Source: Flavobacteriales bacterium UBA4466
GTDB taxonomy: Bacteria > Bacteroidota > Bacteroidia > Flavobacteriales_D > Sanyastnellaceae
Length of the DNA stretch: 64,000 nucleotides
NCBI GenBank assembly: GCA_905182895.1
Contig: CAJJDD010000002.1
Coordinates: 46,620 to 110,619 of the forward strand
Direction: 5' to 3'
This document shows positions 31,074-42,697 of this stretch, piece by piece. The notes beneath the pieces were generated by a model. That model had not been told where the DNA came from. It made no database searches and saw nothing but the letters and a program-made list of their open reading frames with translations. Position 1 is the stretch's first letter. Each line of letters starts with the position of its first letter. Made by a program: the position numbers and the translations under genes.

Positions 31074-31202
31074 TTAATCGAATTTTCCGCGAAAATACTC
31101 AAGTCGTCTTTAATATGAATGCCAAAATAGAACTGCTAACAGATAATTATGAAAAATACCATGAATAGGGTATGATATTTCAGCACTCGGAGAGTAATTT
31201 TG

Positions 31203-32516
31203 ATGTTCAAATTAGAAAAGATGAACCTTTCCATTAAGAGTATAGTTTACGCAGGATGTTTCTTTAGTTTAATCAGTATAGCATCCACCTGCGGAACACA
31301 AAGGCCATTGATTAAAGCTCCCTCTGTATATGAGTTTTCACAAGTAGAAGTGCTTACTGTTTTAGCTTCAGATGATATGGAAGGCCGTGAAGTAGGAAAA
31401 GTGGGAGGATTAAAAGCCGCAGATTTCATCCAATCAGAAATGACTAACATAGGGTTAGTTCCTAAAGGAGAGAATGGATTTTTTTTCCAAGATTTTAATT
31501 TTAAGCCTATCAGCGTAAGTCCGCACGGAACTGCAGATGGGATAGGCTTAGGTCAAAGTAAAGTAGTGACTGTAAACGGCAGAAATGTAGTTTCTGGAAT
31601 AGATAATGGAGCTGCTCACACTATCGTTATAGGAGCACATTATGACCATTTAGGATATGGAAATGAATTCTCATTATTCAAGGGAGATTCAGCTATTCAC
31701 AATGGAGCAGATGACAATGCCAGCGGTGTAGTAGCTATGCTCAAACTAGCCAATACGATAACGAGTCAGTCGGAAAAGTTCAATGCCTACAACTACCTGT
31801 TCATCGCTTTTAGCGGAGAAGAATATGGGCTGATTGGTTCAAACCATTTCGTGAAAAACCCCACTATAGATTTAACCAAGGTGAGCTGCATGCTGAACTT
31901 TGATATGGTAGGAAGACTAAAAGAAGATAATGCGCTAGCCGTGTATGGAAATGGAACCAGTCCCGTGTGGACTGATATAGTGAACGAGGCCAACCAAGGA
32001 AAATTCAAATTGGTTTTTGAAGAATCCGGAGTAGGGCCTTCTGACCATACTTCTTTCTACTTGGCAGACATGCCAGTGCTTCACTTTTTCACGGGGCAGC
32101 ACGAAGATTACCACAAGCCATCTGATGATGTAGAAAAAATCAACTTTGAAGGATTAAAATCGGTAACAGGATTTGTGGAGGATATTGTTCTGGCATTGCA
32201 ACGCTTAGAAAAACTAGAATTCACTAAAACCAAGGACTCTTCAAGAGAAGATATGTCTTTTAAAGTAACGCTAGGAGTAGTGCCAGATTACATGTTCACA
32301 GAAGGCGGAATGCGCATAGATGGCGTCTCAGAAGGTCGTCCAGCAGCAGCTGCTGGAATGCAAAAAGGAGACATCGTGATCAAAATGGGCGAGTTCTCCG
32401 TAAACGACATGATGGGCTACATGGAATGCCTAGGTAAATTCTCAGAAGGAGAAACGACTAAAGTCATAGTGAAAAGAGGAGAGGAAGAGGTAGAAATCGA
32501 TGTGACTTGGGATTGA
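31203..32516 (+). CDS. M28 family zinc aminopeptidase with C-terminal PDZ domain
   Basis: AHYDHLGYG, GADDNASG and FSGEEYGLIGS are metal and catalytic motifs. The PDZ-like tail is GMQKGDIVIKMGEFSV. An alternative start at ATG 31224 (MNLSIKS...) would fit a TAATTTTG box at 31194-31201. Confidence 0.85.
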   Translation: MFKLEKMNLSIKSIVYAGCFFSLISIASTCGTQRPLIKAPSVYEFSQVEVLTVLASDDMEGREVGKVGGLKAADFIQSEMTNIGLVPKGENGFFFQDFNFKPISVSPHGTADGIGLGQSKVVTVNGRNVVSGIDNGAAHTIVIGAHYDHLGYGNEFSLFKGDSAIHNGADDNASGVVAMLKLANTITSQSEKFNAYNYLFIAFSGEEYGLIGSNHFVKNPTIDLTKVSCMLNFDMVGRLKEDNALAVYGNGTSPVWTDIVNEANQGKFKLVFEESGVGPSDHTSFYLADMPVLHFFTGQHEDYHKPSDDVEKINFEGLKSVTGFVEDIVLALQRLEKLEFTKTKDSSREDMSFKVTLGVVPDYMFTEGGMRIDGVSEGRPAAAAGMQKGDIVIKMGEFSVNDMMGYMECLGKFSEGETTKVIVKRGEEEVEIDVTWD

Positions 32517-32629
32517 ATTAATGATTAATTCAGATACTAATAGTAGTTAGTCCAGAATCGAAAAGTGTTGATTTTTAAAACTTTCATCTTCTTGACTGAT
32601 GCGTCATCCGAAGTGCCAATCTAAAACCT

Positions 32630-33944
32630 CTACTCCACCAAAGAAATCCGTACCTTCTTTTTCTTCAATCTAGAATTACTCAACGCCTCAATCAGTGAGA
32701 AAGCTTTGTGAGCAGGAACTGCTACAAAAGAGCTTTCTTGTTTAAGTTCTATAATACCCAGCTCATCTTTCTTAAGTCCACCTTGCTTAAAGAACAGTCC
32801 GGCTATATCACCCTTAGAGATTTTGTCTTTTCTACCCCCAGAAATATGAAGTGTTTCCCACTTGCTTTTTACTATTTCAGTAGTTGAGTCTATTTTAAGT
32901 TCCTCATAATCGGTAATGAAATCTGGCAATTCTTCGTTCTCCCATTTGATAACGATGGCTCTACCGTTTCTATTCATTCTAGCTGTACGCCCGTTTCTGT
33001 GCGTGAACTCATCTGCTTTTTCAGGAATCTCAAAGTGGATAATATAATCCAGTTCAGGTACATCTATTCCTCTAGCCGCTAAGTCAGAAGAGACCAATAT
33101 TCTCTCCGTTCCATTACGGAATTTCATAAGTGCTCTCTCTCTGTCTATTTGTTCTAAACCACCATAAAAACTGGTGTGCCCAATATTTTTTCGTTGTAAA
33201 TCATCACTAACCTCCAGGATAGTATCCTTTAAGCTACAGAAAACGATACCGTTTTTATCTCCCAGATGGCCTAGGAGACGCTCCAGCATAATGAGCTTAT
33301 TCTTCGAGTGAGAAACGACCACTTCGACTTTTAACCGAGCCACACCTTCAGAAAGGTAATCCAGTTTTACAGGATTTTTTATTCTCGTAAAAGCAGGAAT
33401 TTCTAACTTTTGCGTAGCAGAAGTAAGTACCTTCTTTCTAAGCATAGGCAGCGCATCCATAATTTCGCGCATCTCATTTTCGAATCCCGTCTCTAAAGAT
33501 TTATCGAATTCATCTAGGATGAGCGTGTGTACATTTTTAGTGTAAATATTTTCTCTTCTAATATGGTCAGACGACCCTTCCAGGAGTTCCTATAAGTAGA
33601 GCAGGAGAGTGCTTTAGTTCAGCTTTGTCCTTAGAGCCAGAACGTCCACCATAAACAGCATTTATCTTGAATCCGCTCCCTATTTCTCTAGCCACTTGCT
33701 CTATCTGCATAGCTAGTTCTCTAGAAGGAACTAAGATCATAGCTTGAAGCTCATCATCAGTTCTATCTAAATCCTCTAGAAGAGGAAGTAAAAAAGCCAA
33801 GGTTTTCCCTGTTCCTGTAGGAGAGAGGATAATGGTTTCAGGATTCTCTAGAATGACCTCATAGGCCTCTTTTTGCATGGCATTCAGTTCTCTTATTCCG
33901 AGTTTTTTAAGAATGGCATCTAGATTTTTTATTGGAGCAGACAT
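32630..33944 (-). pseudogene. DEAD-box ATP-dependent RNA helicase with DbpA-type C-terminal RNA-binding domain, one frameshift
   Basis: The N-terminal piece has the Q-motif and SPTGTGKT. After a shift near 33565 the sequence continues LILDEFDK..., then VSSDLAARGIDV, HRNGRTAR and the DbpA-like tail (ISGGRKDKISKGDIAGLF). Confidence 0.85.
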
Positions 33945-34025
33945 AGGCGCAAAGGTATTTCATTTAAGCCCTTATGATGTATATAGATTGGAACCAATTT
34001 CATATTGATTAATAGATGAAACAGT

Positions 34026-36333
34026 TTATTTAGATTTCAATTTAATTCCAATGAAAATGGTTCTAGGTTGAGAAGGACCATACACGAAATTACTGTCTCT
34101 ATTTTTACCTATATCAAACTGATCTTGGTAGGCATTCAAAATATTCTTCACTCCTGTGTAGAGCTCAATTTTAGAATTTATCTTTTTCAATCCGATAGAA
34201 TACGCGAACTTGAAGCTCACTTCAGAAAAAGAAGCTGAACTAATTATTTCATCCACAGTTTGGTTCGGAGCACCAGCAAAATGCGGGACTAACATACTTC
34301 CGGTATAGATGTAATTCATGTTGGCGTTAATCCGTTTATTCGGAGTAAAGCTTAGCGTAGCAAAACCGTATTCATTGGGAGTTCTCACAAATTCTTTGAT
34401 TCCATCTAAGCCATCTATGTAGGCCACTTCCTCATCAAACTCTGAAGTTTGGATTGTAATTCCAGCCTCTAATTGAGCCTTTCTATTGTAATTGGCTCTT
34501 AGTTCTAGTGTACCTCCAGTAACGGTAGCTCCCTGCCCGTTTTGCTTTTCAAATAATTCACCGAACTCATCTTCTCCAATAGGAGCCAGATAGAAGGCTC
34601 TGTTTAATCTGGTATAAAATCCTTCAAGTGTGAACCCTAGAATGAACTTATCTGTAGGCATATCATAATTTATATGAACCACTAAAACTACTTGATATTT
34701 CTTCTCTCAAATCATCTGCTAAAGATATTCTTGAAATTCCTCCACCAGCAAATGCAATATGTAAGTCCGTATCAAATGCTTGAGGCGCTCTAAAACCTGA
34801 TGAGTAAGAGATTCTAATTTGTGAATTCGCTCTTAAGTTATAAAGTAAAGAGAGTCTTGGACTAGCCACAAAATTATGTATGTCCATTCTCACACCAGAC
34901 AGCAGAGTGATATTCTTTGCTATTTTCCAGTCGCTTTGCAGAAAAGTACCATAATTCCTGGTCGTTTGGTCTATCAAGTAATTGTATGCTGGAATAGCAT
35001 CACTTACTTCATCATAGATAAACTCAGTACCTAGAGTGAATACATTCTCTCCAGTTAGAAACTTGTTTATTTTATGATTCAGCTGCACACCGGTATTAAA
35101 AGTAGTTACATCAGAAGTTCCATAAGGAGGGTTTTCTAAATGTTCGAGTAGCGCTTCATTTTCGTCAGGAATAATTCCTGTGTAGTGATCTCTGACTGTG
35201 GATTGCCATGCAGCGTAGGTAATAAGGCTCGACTTATTCTTATTAAAATTAATCTGATAATCTGCACTTCCCATCCACACGTTATGCGTTCTTTCTTCAG
35301 ACTGAGCTGCTAAGTAAGCAGGTTTTTCGGTCACCATTTCGCCACCGAATCTATATTCGTTTAGGTTACTCAGGCTTACTTCCAGTTTCTGATTGTCGTT
35401 CGGTAAAAAGAACATATTCATCCCTATAGAAGTGTTTTCTATCAACGGTATTTCAGAAAAATCATCTCCATTATGGTCGTAGAACCCTCTATTTCTATTA
35501 TTTATAAAAAGAGAGATGCCAGAATTGGACGACTTAGAAACTAAGGTAGCGTTGGCTAGAGTTTGATTATCTCCAGTCTGCTTGTTGATATTCTGGTAGT
35601 TGTAATTCAACTCATAGCTGTTCTTTCTTGGAGTTTTGGTAATTACATTTACAGTTCCGCCTATAGCGCTAGAACCATATAATGAAGAACCTCCACCACG
35701 CACCACTTCTATGCGCTCTATCATATTTACAGGAAGCTGTTCCATACCGTAAAGCCCTGTAAGCGGACTGAAAATAGGTCTTCCGTTAATCAATATTTGT
35801 GAATATCCACCCGCTAGTCCATTCATTCTTAACTGAGTGTAGTTACAGGTTTGACAGTCGTTTTCTACCCTAAGTCCCGGTTGAAACTTCAGTCCCTCAG
35901 ACAGGTTACATGCCTGCACATTATCTAGCGTTTTGCTGCTCAGCACATTGACTATCACCGGTGAGTCTGTTTGTCTTTTATATGTCTTAGTTCCAGAGAT
36001 AACTATTTCATCTAAATCCATAGTTTGTTCAGTAAGGGAGAACTCTATATTTAAATTGGGAGAGTCGCTGCTCAAGGTGATTTCTTGAGAAACCAGTTCA
36101 TAGCCTATATAGCTTGCTGTGATTGTATATGTTCCATAGGGTATGTCATGCAGATGCGCTTTACCACTAGAGGTAGTAACAGAAGAAACGCTTAGTTCTT
36201 CTATGCTGAGCGTAGCAAATGCAACAGGTTCAGACTCCTTTTTTACACTAGCATGGATGTCTCCTGTTTGACAGAAAGCTATAGGTGAAATTAAGATGAA
36301 AACATACAGGAGTATGTTTTTTAGGGAAATCAT
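34026..36333 (-). pseudogene. TonB-dependent outer-membrane receptor with carboxypeptidase-regulatory-like N-domain, one frameshift
   Basis: Signal peptide, CarbopepD_reg-like segment (GTYTITASYIGYE), a plug (VVRGGGSSLYGSSAIGGTVNVITK) and a barrel ending in ...IFIGIKLKSK. The pieces overlap at about 34663-34682. Confidence 0.85.
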
Positions 36334-36352
36334 TTATTATTATTTAGGAGTG

Positions 36353-36360
36353 CAAATATA
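36353..36360 (-). promoter_or_regulatory. Candidate -7 box (TAtaTTTG) for the TonB-dependent receptor
   Basis: The reverse complement of CAAATATA is TATATTTG, 20 nt upstream of the ATG at 36333. A perfect palindrome ATTTTTAGGC-TT-GCCTAAAAAT lies just upstream (36363-36384). Confidence 0.3.
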
Positions 36361-36527
36361 TAATTTTTAGGCTTGCCTAAAAATTGAAGGCGTTAAATTA
36401 TCTATTTTAATTTTGCGCGTTTATTTCATCTATGAATATTTCACCATTTCATTCTTAACTAATTCTTCATTCACAATATTAAGTAGCGTCTCATTGTTCT
36501 ACATTACACTTACTAAATCGCACCTTC

Positions 36528-37241
36528 ATGAGTGAATCAGAAAACATAGTAGAAATTAAACATGCCACGATAGCACAGTCGGATAATATCATCCTGTCTG
36601 GATTAAACCTAGAGATTAAGGGTGGGGAGTTTATTTATCTGATAGGTAGAACTGGCTCGGGTAAGTCCAGTTTAATGAAAACGCTTTATGGAGAAATAAA
36701 GCTAAAATCTGGAGAGGGAAGTGTTTGTGGATATGATTTGGTAAACATGAAGAGGAAACAAGTTCCCTTTTTAAGAAGAAAAATCGGGATTGTCTTTCAG
36801 GATTTCGAGTTGCTGATGGACAGGACAGTAGAGGATAATTTATTCTTTGTAATGAAAGCTACTGGCTGGAGGGACAGGAAGAAGATGGAGATAAGAAAAG
36901 ATGAGGTGTTGGATGATGTCGGTTTAAAAACCAAAGGATTCAAGATGCCTCATGAGCTTTCTGGTGGAGAGCGCCAGAGAGTATCTATAGCTAGGGCGCT
37001 CATTAATGAGCCTGAGTTGATTTTGGCTGATGAACCTACGGGAAATTTAGACCCGAAGACTACAGAAGATATTTTAGGTTTATTGCACCGCATAAGCCAG
37101 CAGGGAATTCCAGTAGTAATGGCCACACATGATTACATCTACATGAAGAAATTCTCTTCACGCGTGCTTATATGTGAAAACGGAAAGTTGGTTTCTCAGT
37201 CTGAAGTAGATGATATTATTCAATTTACTGAATTAGGTTAG
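36528..37241 (+). CDS. ftsE: Cell-division ABC ATPase FtsE-like
   Basis: Walker A GRTGSGKSS, FtsE-typical VPFLRRKIGIVFQDFELL, signature LSGGERQR and Walker B ILADEPTGNLD. About 237 aa with no fused permease. Confidence 0.7.
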   Translation: MSESENIVEIKHATIAQSDNIILSGLNLEIKGGEFIYLIGRTGSGKSSLMKTLYGEIKLKSGEGSVCGYDLVNMKRKQVPFLRRKIGIVFQDFELLMDRTVEDNLFFVMKATGWRDRKKMEIRKDEVLDDVGLKTKGFKMPHELSGGERQRVSIARALINEPELILADEPTGNLDPKTTEDILGLLHRISQQGIPVVMATHDYIYMKKFSSRVLICENGKLVSQSEVDDIIQFTELG

Positions 37242-37243
37242 CC

Positions 37244-38119
37244 ATGCTTAGTATCCTGATTCCAGTATATGAATATGAAGTTTCCTTGATGGTAAAAGAA
37301 GTTCATCGTCAGGCTTCATCGCTGGGCATTGATTTTGAAATCATCTGCCTAAATGATGCGTCTTTTAGCAAAAATCCCGCCTCAGAACTTTCTAATTTTA
37401 AGTGGATAGAGAATAAAACTAATTTAGGAAGAGCTAAGAGCAGGAATAAGCTAGTAAGCGCGGCAATGCATAGAAACCTTCTATTCTTAGATGCAGATAT
37501 GCAGCTCACTAATCCTGAGTTTATACAGAATTACATTACTCATCTAGATGCTTCTCTGGTGATTTGTGGAGGCATAAGTTATCAGAAGAAACCACCTATG
37601 ACGGGCTTAAGGCTGAGGTGGAATTACGGAAATATTTATGAATCTGCAACTGCTTTAGAGAGGAGTAAAGAACCTTATGGGTCTTTTATGACAGGTAATT
37701 TCTTGGCTACTAAAGAAGTTTTGGAGAACCATCCGTTTGATGATACGCTCATTATTTATGGGCATGAGGATACGCTATTTGGAAAGGCGTTATTGGAAGG
37801 TGGTATTTCTATTTTACACATAGAAAATCCAGCACTTCATGCAGGACTAGAAGAAAATGACGTATTCATAGAGAAAACAAAGGAAGGTCTGGGAAGTTTG
37901 CTTCAGATGTATACAGAGAAGAAAATCACTCGTGATTATTCGCGCATAATTAAAACCTTTGAGCTTCTGAAAAAGTCTGGAACACCGTATTTAGTGGTGT
38001 TATCTATTTCGCTGCTAGAAAAACTGTTTTACCCCAAGCTATTGGCTCAAGGAAAGCATATATGGTTCTTCCAGCTATTAAAATTAAAGTGGTTTCTAGA
38101 GCTAGCTAGGAAGTCTTAG
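37244..38119 (+). CDS. Family 2 glycosyltransferase
   Basis: LSILIPVYEYE...ICLNDAS...FLDADM (DxD) pattern. Confidence 0.75.
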   Translation: MLSILIPVYEYEVSLMVKEVHRQASSLGIDFEIICLNDASFSKNPASELSNFKWIENKTNLGRAKSRNKLVSAAMHRNLLFLDADMQLTNPEFIQNYITHLDASLVICGGISYQKKPPMTGLRLRWNYGNIYESATALERSKEPYGSFMTGNFLATKEVLENHPFDDTLIIYGHEDTLFGKALLEGGISILHIENPALHAGLEENDVFIEKTKEGLGSLLQMYTEKKITRDYSRIIKTFELLKKSGTPYLVVLSISLLEKLFYPKLLAQGKHIWFFQLLKLKWFLELARKS

Positions 38120-38944
38120 CAGCTTTCCATTTGTCATGCTCTTCAGTAAGTTTCTTTTTGGTGTACAGAGCGAAATCTCCATTCATCATCCAGGCGTAAT
38201 ATCCTCTTTCTTTTTCGAAGATAGCAGTTAGTTTATCTCCTTTGAATTTCCCGAAATTAAGGCATACGTCACCATCGGCATCGTATACTAGTCTTCCTGC
38301 AAAATCTGCTACTTTATGCCTCTGGCTAGTGTTATGTAAAACCTTCATATCATTTTGTACAGGCTTTATGAGTTCCCCTTTGTCGTTCAATACTTCGACA
38401 TCTTGGTAGCGCTCTATTTGCGCCTTAAGAATTTCATAAGTGGCTACGGTATCGGGAAGAGCTTCGTGGGCATCTGGCAGTTCTTTTCCACAGTAGAATT
38501 TATATCCAGCACCAAGTGTTCTCTTTTCCATCATGTGAAAAATAACTTGAACATCTAAGACATTTCTACCTTCCATACTAAAGTCTACACCTACTCTCAT
38601 AAACTCTTCTGCCAGTAGAGGGATATCGAATTTATTTGAATTAAATCCGGCCAAATCACAGTCATGAAGAAACTTGAATAACCCTTTCGCTATTTGTCTA
38701 AAAGTTGGTTGGTCAGCTACATGTTCATCGAATATACCATGAATTGCGCTGTTTCAGCTGGAATAGGTATTTCGGGGTTCACTAAAAATCTCTGCTGGTC
38801 TACACCTTTCTCAGGTCTAGTGATGATAGTTCCATCGGGCATTACTTTTACGCATGCTATTTCTACTATTCTGTCTTTAGACACGTTAATACCAGTGGTT
38901 TCTAGATCGAAAAATACGAGAGGTTTTTTGAGATTTAATTGCAT
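38106..38944 (-). pseudogene. DEDDh 3'-5' exonuclease (DnaQ/epsilon-like) domain protein, frame-disrupted
   Basis: The N-terminal piece has VFFDLETTGINVSKDRIVEIA (Exo I). The second piece has GFNSNKFDIPLL (Exo II) and HEALPDT (Exo III). The break lies between 38655 and 38716. Confidence 0.75.
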
Positions 38945-39054
38945 GTTGATAAGTGGAAATGGATTTATGTACGAAACCCTTTTTAAATGCGTTTAATAAA
39001 AAGGTAGAGTAGTAGACTTCGGATCGGGTACTCGGAAAGGTCTGATTCGAAGAT

Positions 39055-39098
39055 AAAAAAGGGCTGTGTCTGGTTAGCTGATACAGCCCTCTTTATTT
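39055..39098 (-). terminator. Hairpin terminator after the PD40/OmpA-like gene
   Basis: GGGCTGTxTC ... GATACAGCCC stem (39061-39089). On the minus strand it is followed by T6 (A6 at 39055-39060). Confidence 0.55.
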
Positions 39099-39105
39099 AA
39101 AAATA

Positions 39106-41255
39106 TTATTTAGCCGATACTTTAATGTATTGATAAAGCTCATAAGCAGCTCTGTTTTCCTTTGCGTCATTTTTATATGCCGGTCCTTGAACTTTAGCTA
39201 AGGGCTTGGCAAAGGTGATTTTGTTTATATCTACGCCTCTTCTCTTAGTGGCTTCAATAATTTGATTTTTGGCTTTAGCGGCCCTCGAGTCTGCTAATTT
39301 ATTGTTATTAGAAAACCTAGAAGAAGGACGTAAGATGCACTCGCTTCTATGAGTATTTCTACTTCACCTTTTATAGCAATAATCTTTTTTAAATTATTAG
39401 AGAACTCCTCGAATTTACTCTCCTGTAATCCGAAATCATTGAAATCATATACGAAGTATCTTGTATACTTGGCTTCAGCTTTTGCTTCATCGAATGTAGA
39501 AGAAATAGGAGATTCAGGTTGTGAAACGCTTTTCTTAATTAGTTTCTTCGTGAGAAGATCTATTTGTTCTTGAAGTTTTGCTATATCATCATCACATGGA
39601 GTTCCTTCAGCTTTCAGTTGCCAGGCTTAAATCTTCTTTTTTAAGTTGAACAGGAAGAAGGAATACTTCTCTGTCAATAGTTTTATAACCTGCCTCACAT
39701 GGAACATTAATAAACTCTTCTTCTACCAATTCGTCCTTCACGAAGTATTCAATTTCATAAGCCATACATGGCGGAAGGATTGCCACGTAGCTACCATCTC
39801 TTTGTCTAACACTATACTCAGTTACCTCACCAGTATTTTTATTAGTCACGACTACCAAGCAATTTTCAGGAAGTTTTTCTCCTTCTGCTGGATATACATA
39901 ACCTTTAAGAACAGATAAGTCAGAACCTATTTCAGAATCAGGCATGTCTATTGCGTAGATATCTTTAAGGCCTAAACCGCCTTCTTTTCTAGAAGAGTAA
40001 TAAGCTCTATTGTTATCAGCTGTGGGATAAAAGAACACATCTGCATCTGTAGTGTTTAGTGGGTATCCTATGTTTTCTGGTTTAGACCATTCTCCATCAT
40101 CTCCTAAGGAAGAGAAGAAGATATCGAAATCTCCCATACTCTTATGACCGTTGAAGAAAAGTAAAGTGTTTTGCCATCTGCCGAAAGGAAAACAGCATCT
40201 TCATCATAGGGTGTATTTACCGATGGGCCTACGTTTAACGCTTTACTCCATTCATTGGTAGGTAATTTCACACATTGGTAAATATCTCTTCCGCCATACC
40301 CGTTCTCTCTATCAGAGATGAAGAATAATGTCTTTTCATCACTAGAAACAGTAATATGTGTTTCCCAGGCGGGTGAGTTAATATCAGAACCCATTGGCTC
40401 AGGAGTAGTCCAGCTTTCTCCTACAAGTTGACTTTTATAAATGTCACCATTTCCGCCTTGATCAAAATAGATGTAAAGCGTTTGGGCGTCTGGCGAAACA
40501 CTAATAGAAGCAGCATGCCCATCCGTATTAATATTTAGAAGTTCCGGACTCTGCCATTCGTTGTCCTGATCTTTATAACTAACGTAGATGTCTTCTTTGT
40601 TCTCGCCAGTATCATCATCCGTAATGTTAATATTCGTACTGTCCATTCGAACTCTTCTAGAAGTGAAGAATAGTGTTTTCTCATTAAGCGAAATTACAGG
40701 GGAGTAATCATTATAGTTACTGTTAATAGTGCTCCCTACATTGGATATGGTATAGTTCTGTGGATTAGTTACTTGAAAAATAGCTTGATTACACATCTCT
40801 ATCTGTCTCTCAGCTAAGGGAGCTAATCTATGCTTACTAGGAATGTCTGCCAATAACTGAGTGTAATTGATTATCGCTTTCTCCATTTGATAATCTAAAT
40901 GAAGAGCTCGAGATAAATAGTACTTAGAATCTATTGGTGCTTTTTTCTCGCTTGGGTCAAATGGGTCATAATTTTTAGATATCCCTGCTTCAACGGCTAG
41001 CTCTAGATATTTTAGAGATTCTAATTTTCTGTTTGCAGTTTCTAAAAGACAGTAACCAAGTTTGTAGTTCACGTTTCCGTTAAATTGGTCTTCTAAGATC
41101 AGTTGACTCCAAATATTGGAAGCTCTATTCCAAAGCTTTTCTTCCATTAGTTGATTCGCTTCTATAAATTTAGAGTTGAAGTTGGACCCGGATATTTGAG
41201 CTTTCACTCCAATTACTAGAAGAGAGAAAAATAAAAGTGCTACTCCTTTTTTCAT
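39106..41255 (-). pseudogene. TPR + PD40 beta-propeller + OmpA-like C-terminal domain outer-membrane protein, at least three frame breaks
   Basis: Signal peptide (MKKGVALLFFSLLVIGVKAQ). PD40 repeats (YSPVISLNEKTLFFTS, VSPDAQTLYIY, VSSDEKTLFFISD, LSADGKTLYFSS). Continues in ORF 39607..40137. Two more frames then read ...GEVEILIEASASYVPSSRFSNNNKLADSRAAKAKNQII...YIKVSAK-stop (TAA complement at 39106-39108). Confidence 0.7.
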
Positions 41256-41337
41256 TATGATTTAATATTAGTACCGTCTTTAAAATATAAAGGTAGTAAT
41301 TAAGCCTGTTAATCAATGGATTCGGGCTTAATTAGTT

Positions 41338-42330
41338 TTACATTTCTCTGTTAGTGTCAAAATTCTCTAAGTACTCAGCAACTCGTTTTACAAATGTTCC
41401 TCCAAGCATTCCGTCTACTACTCTGTGGTCGTAAGAGTGTGAAAGGAACATCATGTGTCTGATTCCAATTAAGTCACCGTGCTCAGTTTCTATTACTGCA
41501 GGCTTCTTTCTTATAGCTCCAGCGGCCATAATAGCTACTTGAGGTTGGTTAATAATAGGGGTTCCCATTACATTACCGAATGTCCCCACGTTGGTGAAGG
41601 TGTATGTCCCACCTTGTATATCTTCTGGTTTTAGAGCGTTTGTTCTAGATCTGTTTGCTAAGTCATTAACTTTCTTCGCCATTCCGACAAGATTCAGCGT
41701 ATCCGCATCTTTAATCACCGGAACGATAAGATTTCCTGTAGGGAGTGCTGCTGCCATTCCTATGTTAATGTGCTTTCTCTTAATGATTTTAGTCCCGTCT
41801 ACAGAAACATTTACCCCTGGCATATCCTTAATAGCCTTTGCGATAGCTTCAATAATAATAGGAGTGAAGGTGATTTTCTCTCCTTCTTTCTCTATGAATT
41901 TGTCTTTGACTTTGTTTCTCCAATTAACCACATTGGTCATGTCTACTTCTACATACGAAGTTACATGTGGACTTACTCTTACAGACATGACCATGTGGTC
42001 AGCTATAAGCTTTCTCATTCGGTCCATTTCTACGATCTCATCTCCACTTCCTATAGAAATCATAGGAGCTTTGGGCTGAGATGTAGGTGGCTTAACTTTT
42101 TCAGGTTTGCTTTCGGTTGCCTTAGGAGTAGGACTGGCGTTCTGGTTCTGAGGTGCAGCTACTGGAGCCGCAGAGCCCTTGTTTTCGATGTAACCTAAAA
42201 TATCAGCTTTAGTTACTCTGCTTTCTTTGCCTGTCCCGTTAATTCCGTCTAATTCGGTTTGTGAAATACCTTCGGTTTTAGCTATATTCTTCACCAGAGG
42301 AGAATAAAACCGGTGAGAGAGTTTCGTGTT
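41338..42330 (-). pseudogene. 2-oxo-acid dehydrogenase E2 (dihydrolipoamide acyltransferase) lacking its N-terminal lipoyl domain
   Basis: Peripheral subunit-binding domain (RFYSPLVKNIAKTEGISQTELDGINGTG), a Pro/Ala-rich linker and a catalytic domain with SHSYDHRVVDG. The frame is closed by TAG at 42331-42333. I found no lipoyl (TDK) domain in any frame upstream. Confidence 0.8.
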
Positions 42331-42547
42331 CTAATTCGTATACACATGCACTCTTATAAAAGAGTTCAGTGGGATTGAGATATCTCAGGCCGATTGTATT
42401 CCCTGTATTCATACCAACAATACCATACATTTCGTCTTCGACTCCGTCTTCATTTACTAAGACTTTGACTATATCATTTTCAATTATTTCAGAGGGCACA
42501 ATCATGCTTAGAGTTTTCGGACAAAAAATAATAAGGGATAATATCAC
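42278..42547 (-). CDS. Hypothetical ORF at the E2 breakpoint
   Basis: An 89-aa ORF only (..IVKVLVNEDGVEDEMYGIVGMNTGNTIGLRYLNPTELFYKSACVYELEHE..). It is not a lipoyl domain and I recognise no family. Confidence 0.3.
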   Translation of the reverse strand: MILSLIIFCPKTLSMIVPSEIIENDIVKVLVNEDGVEDEMYGIVGMNTGNTIGLRYLNPTELFYKSACVYELEHETLSPVLFSSGEEYS

Positions 42548-42549
42548 AG

Positions 42550-42648
42550 ATGAAAGTTATTATTTATTCGAAGGAAGGTTGTGAGTATTGTGACCATGCA
42601 AAGACACTATGTGAGTCGGAGAACTTCGACCATGACTTGCGAAATTAA
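42550..42648 (+). pseudogene. Glutaredoxin/NrdH-like N-terminal fragment
   Basis: MKVIIYSKEGCEYCDHAKTLCESENFDHDLRN-stop has the classic beta1-CxxC-alpha1 start of a glutaredoxin. It is cut off after 32 codons. Confidence 0.45.
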
Positions 42649-42697
42649 GGATTTATGCCATGTAATCAGAACAAAATTGACGTAGATATTAAGGGTT

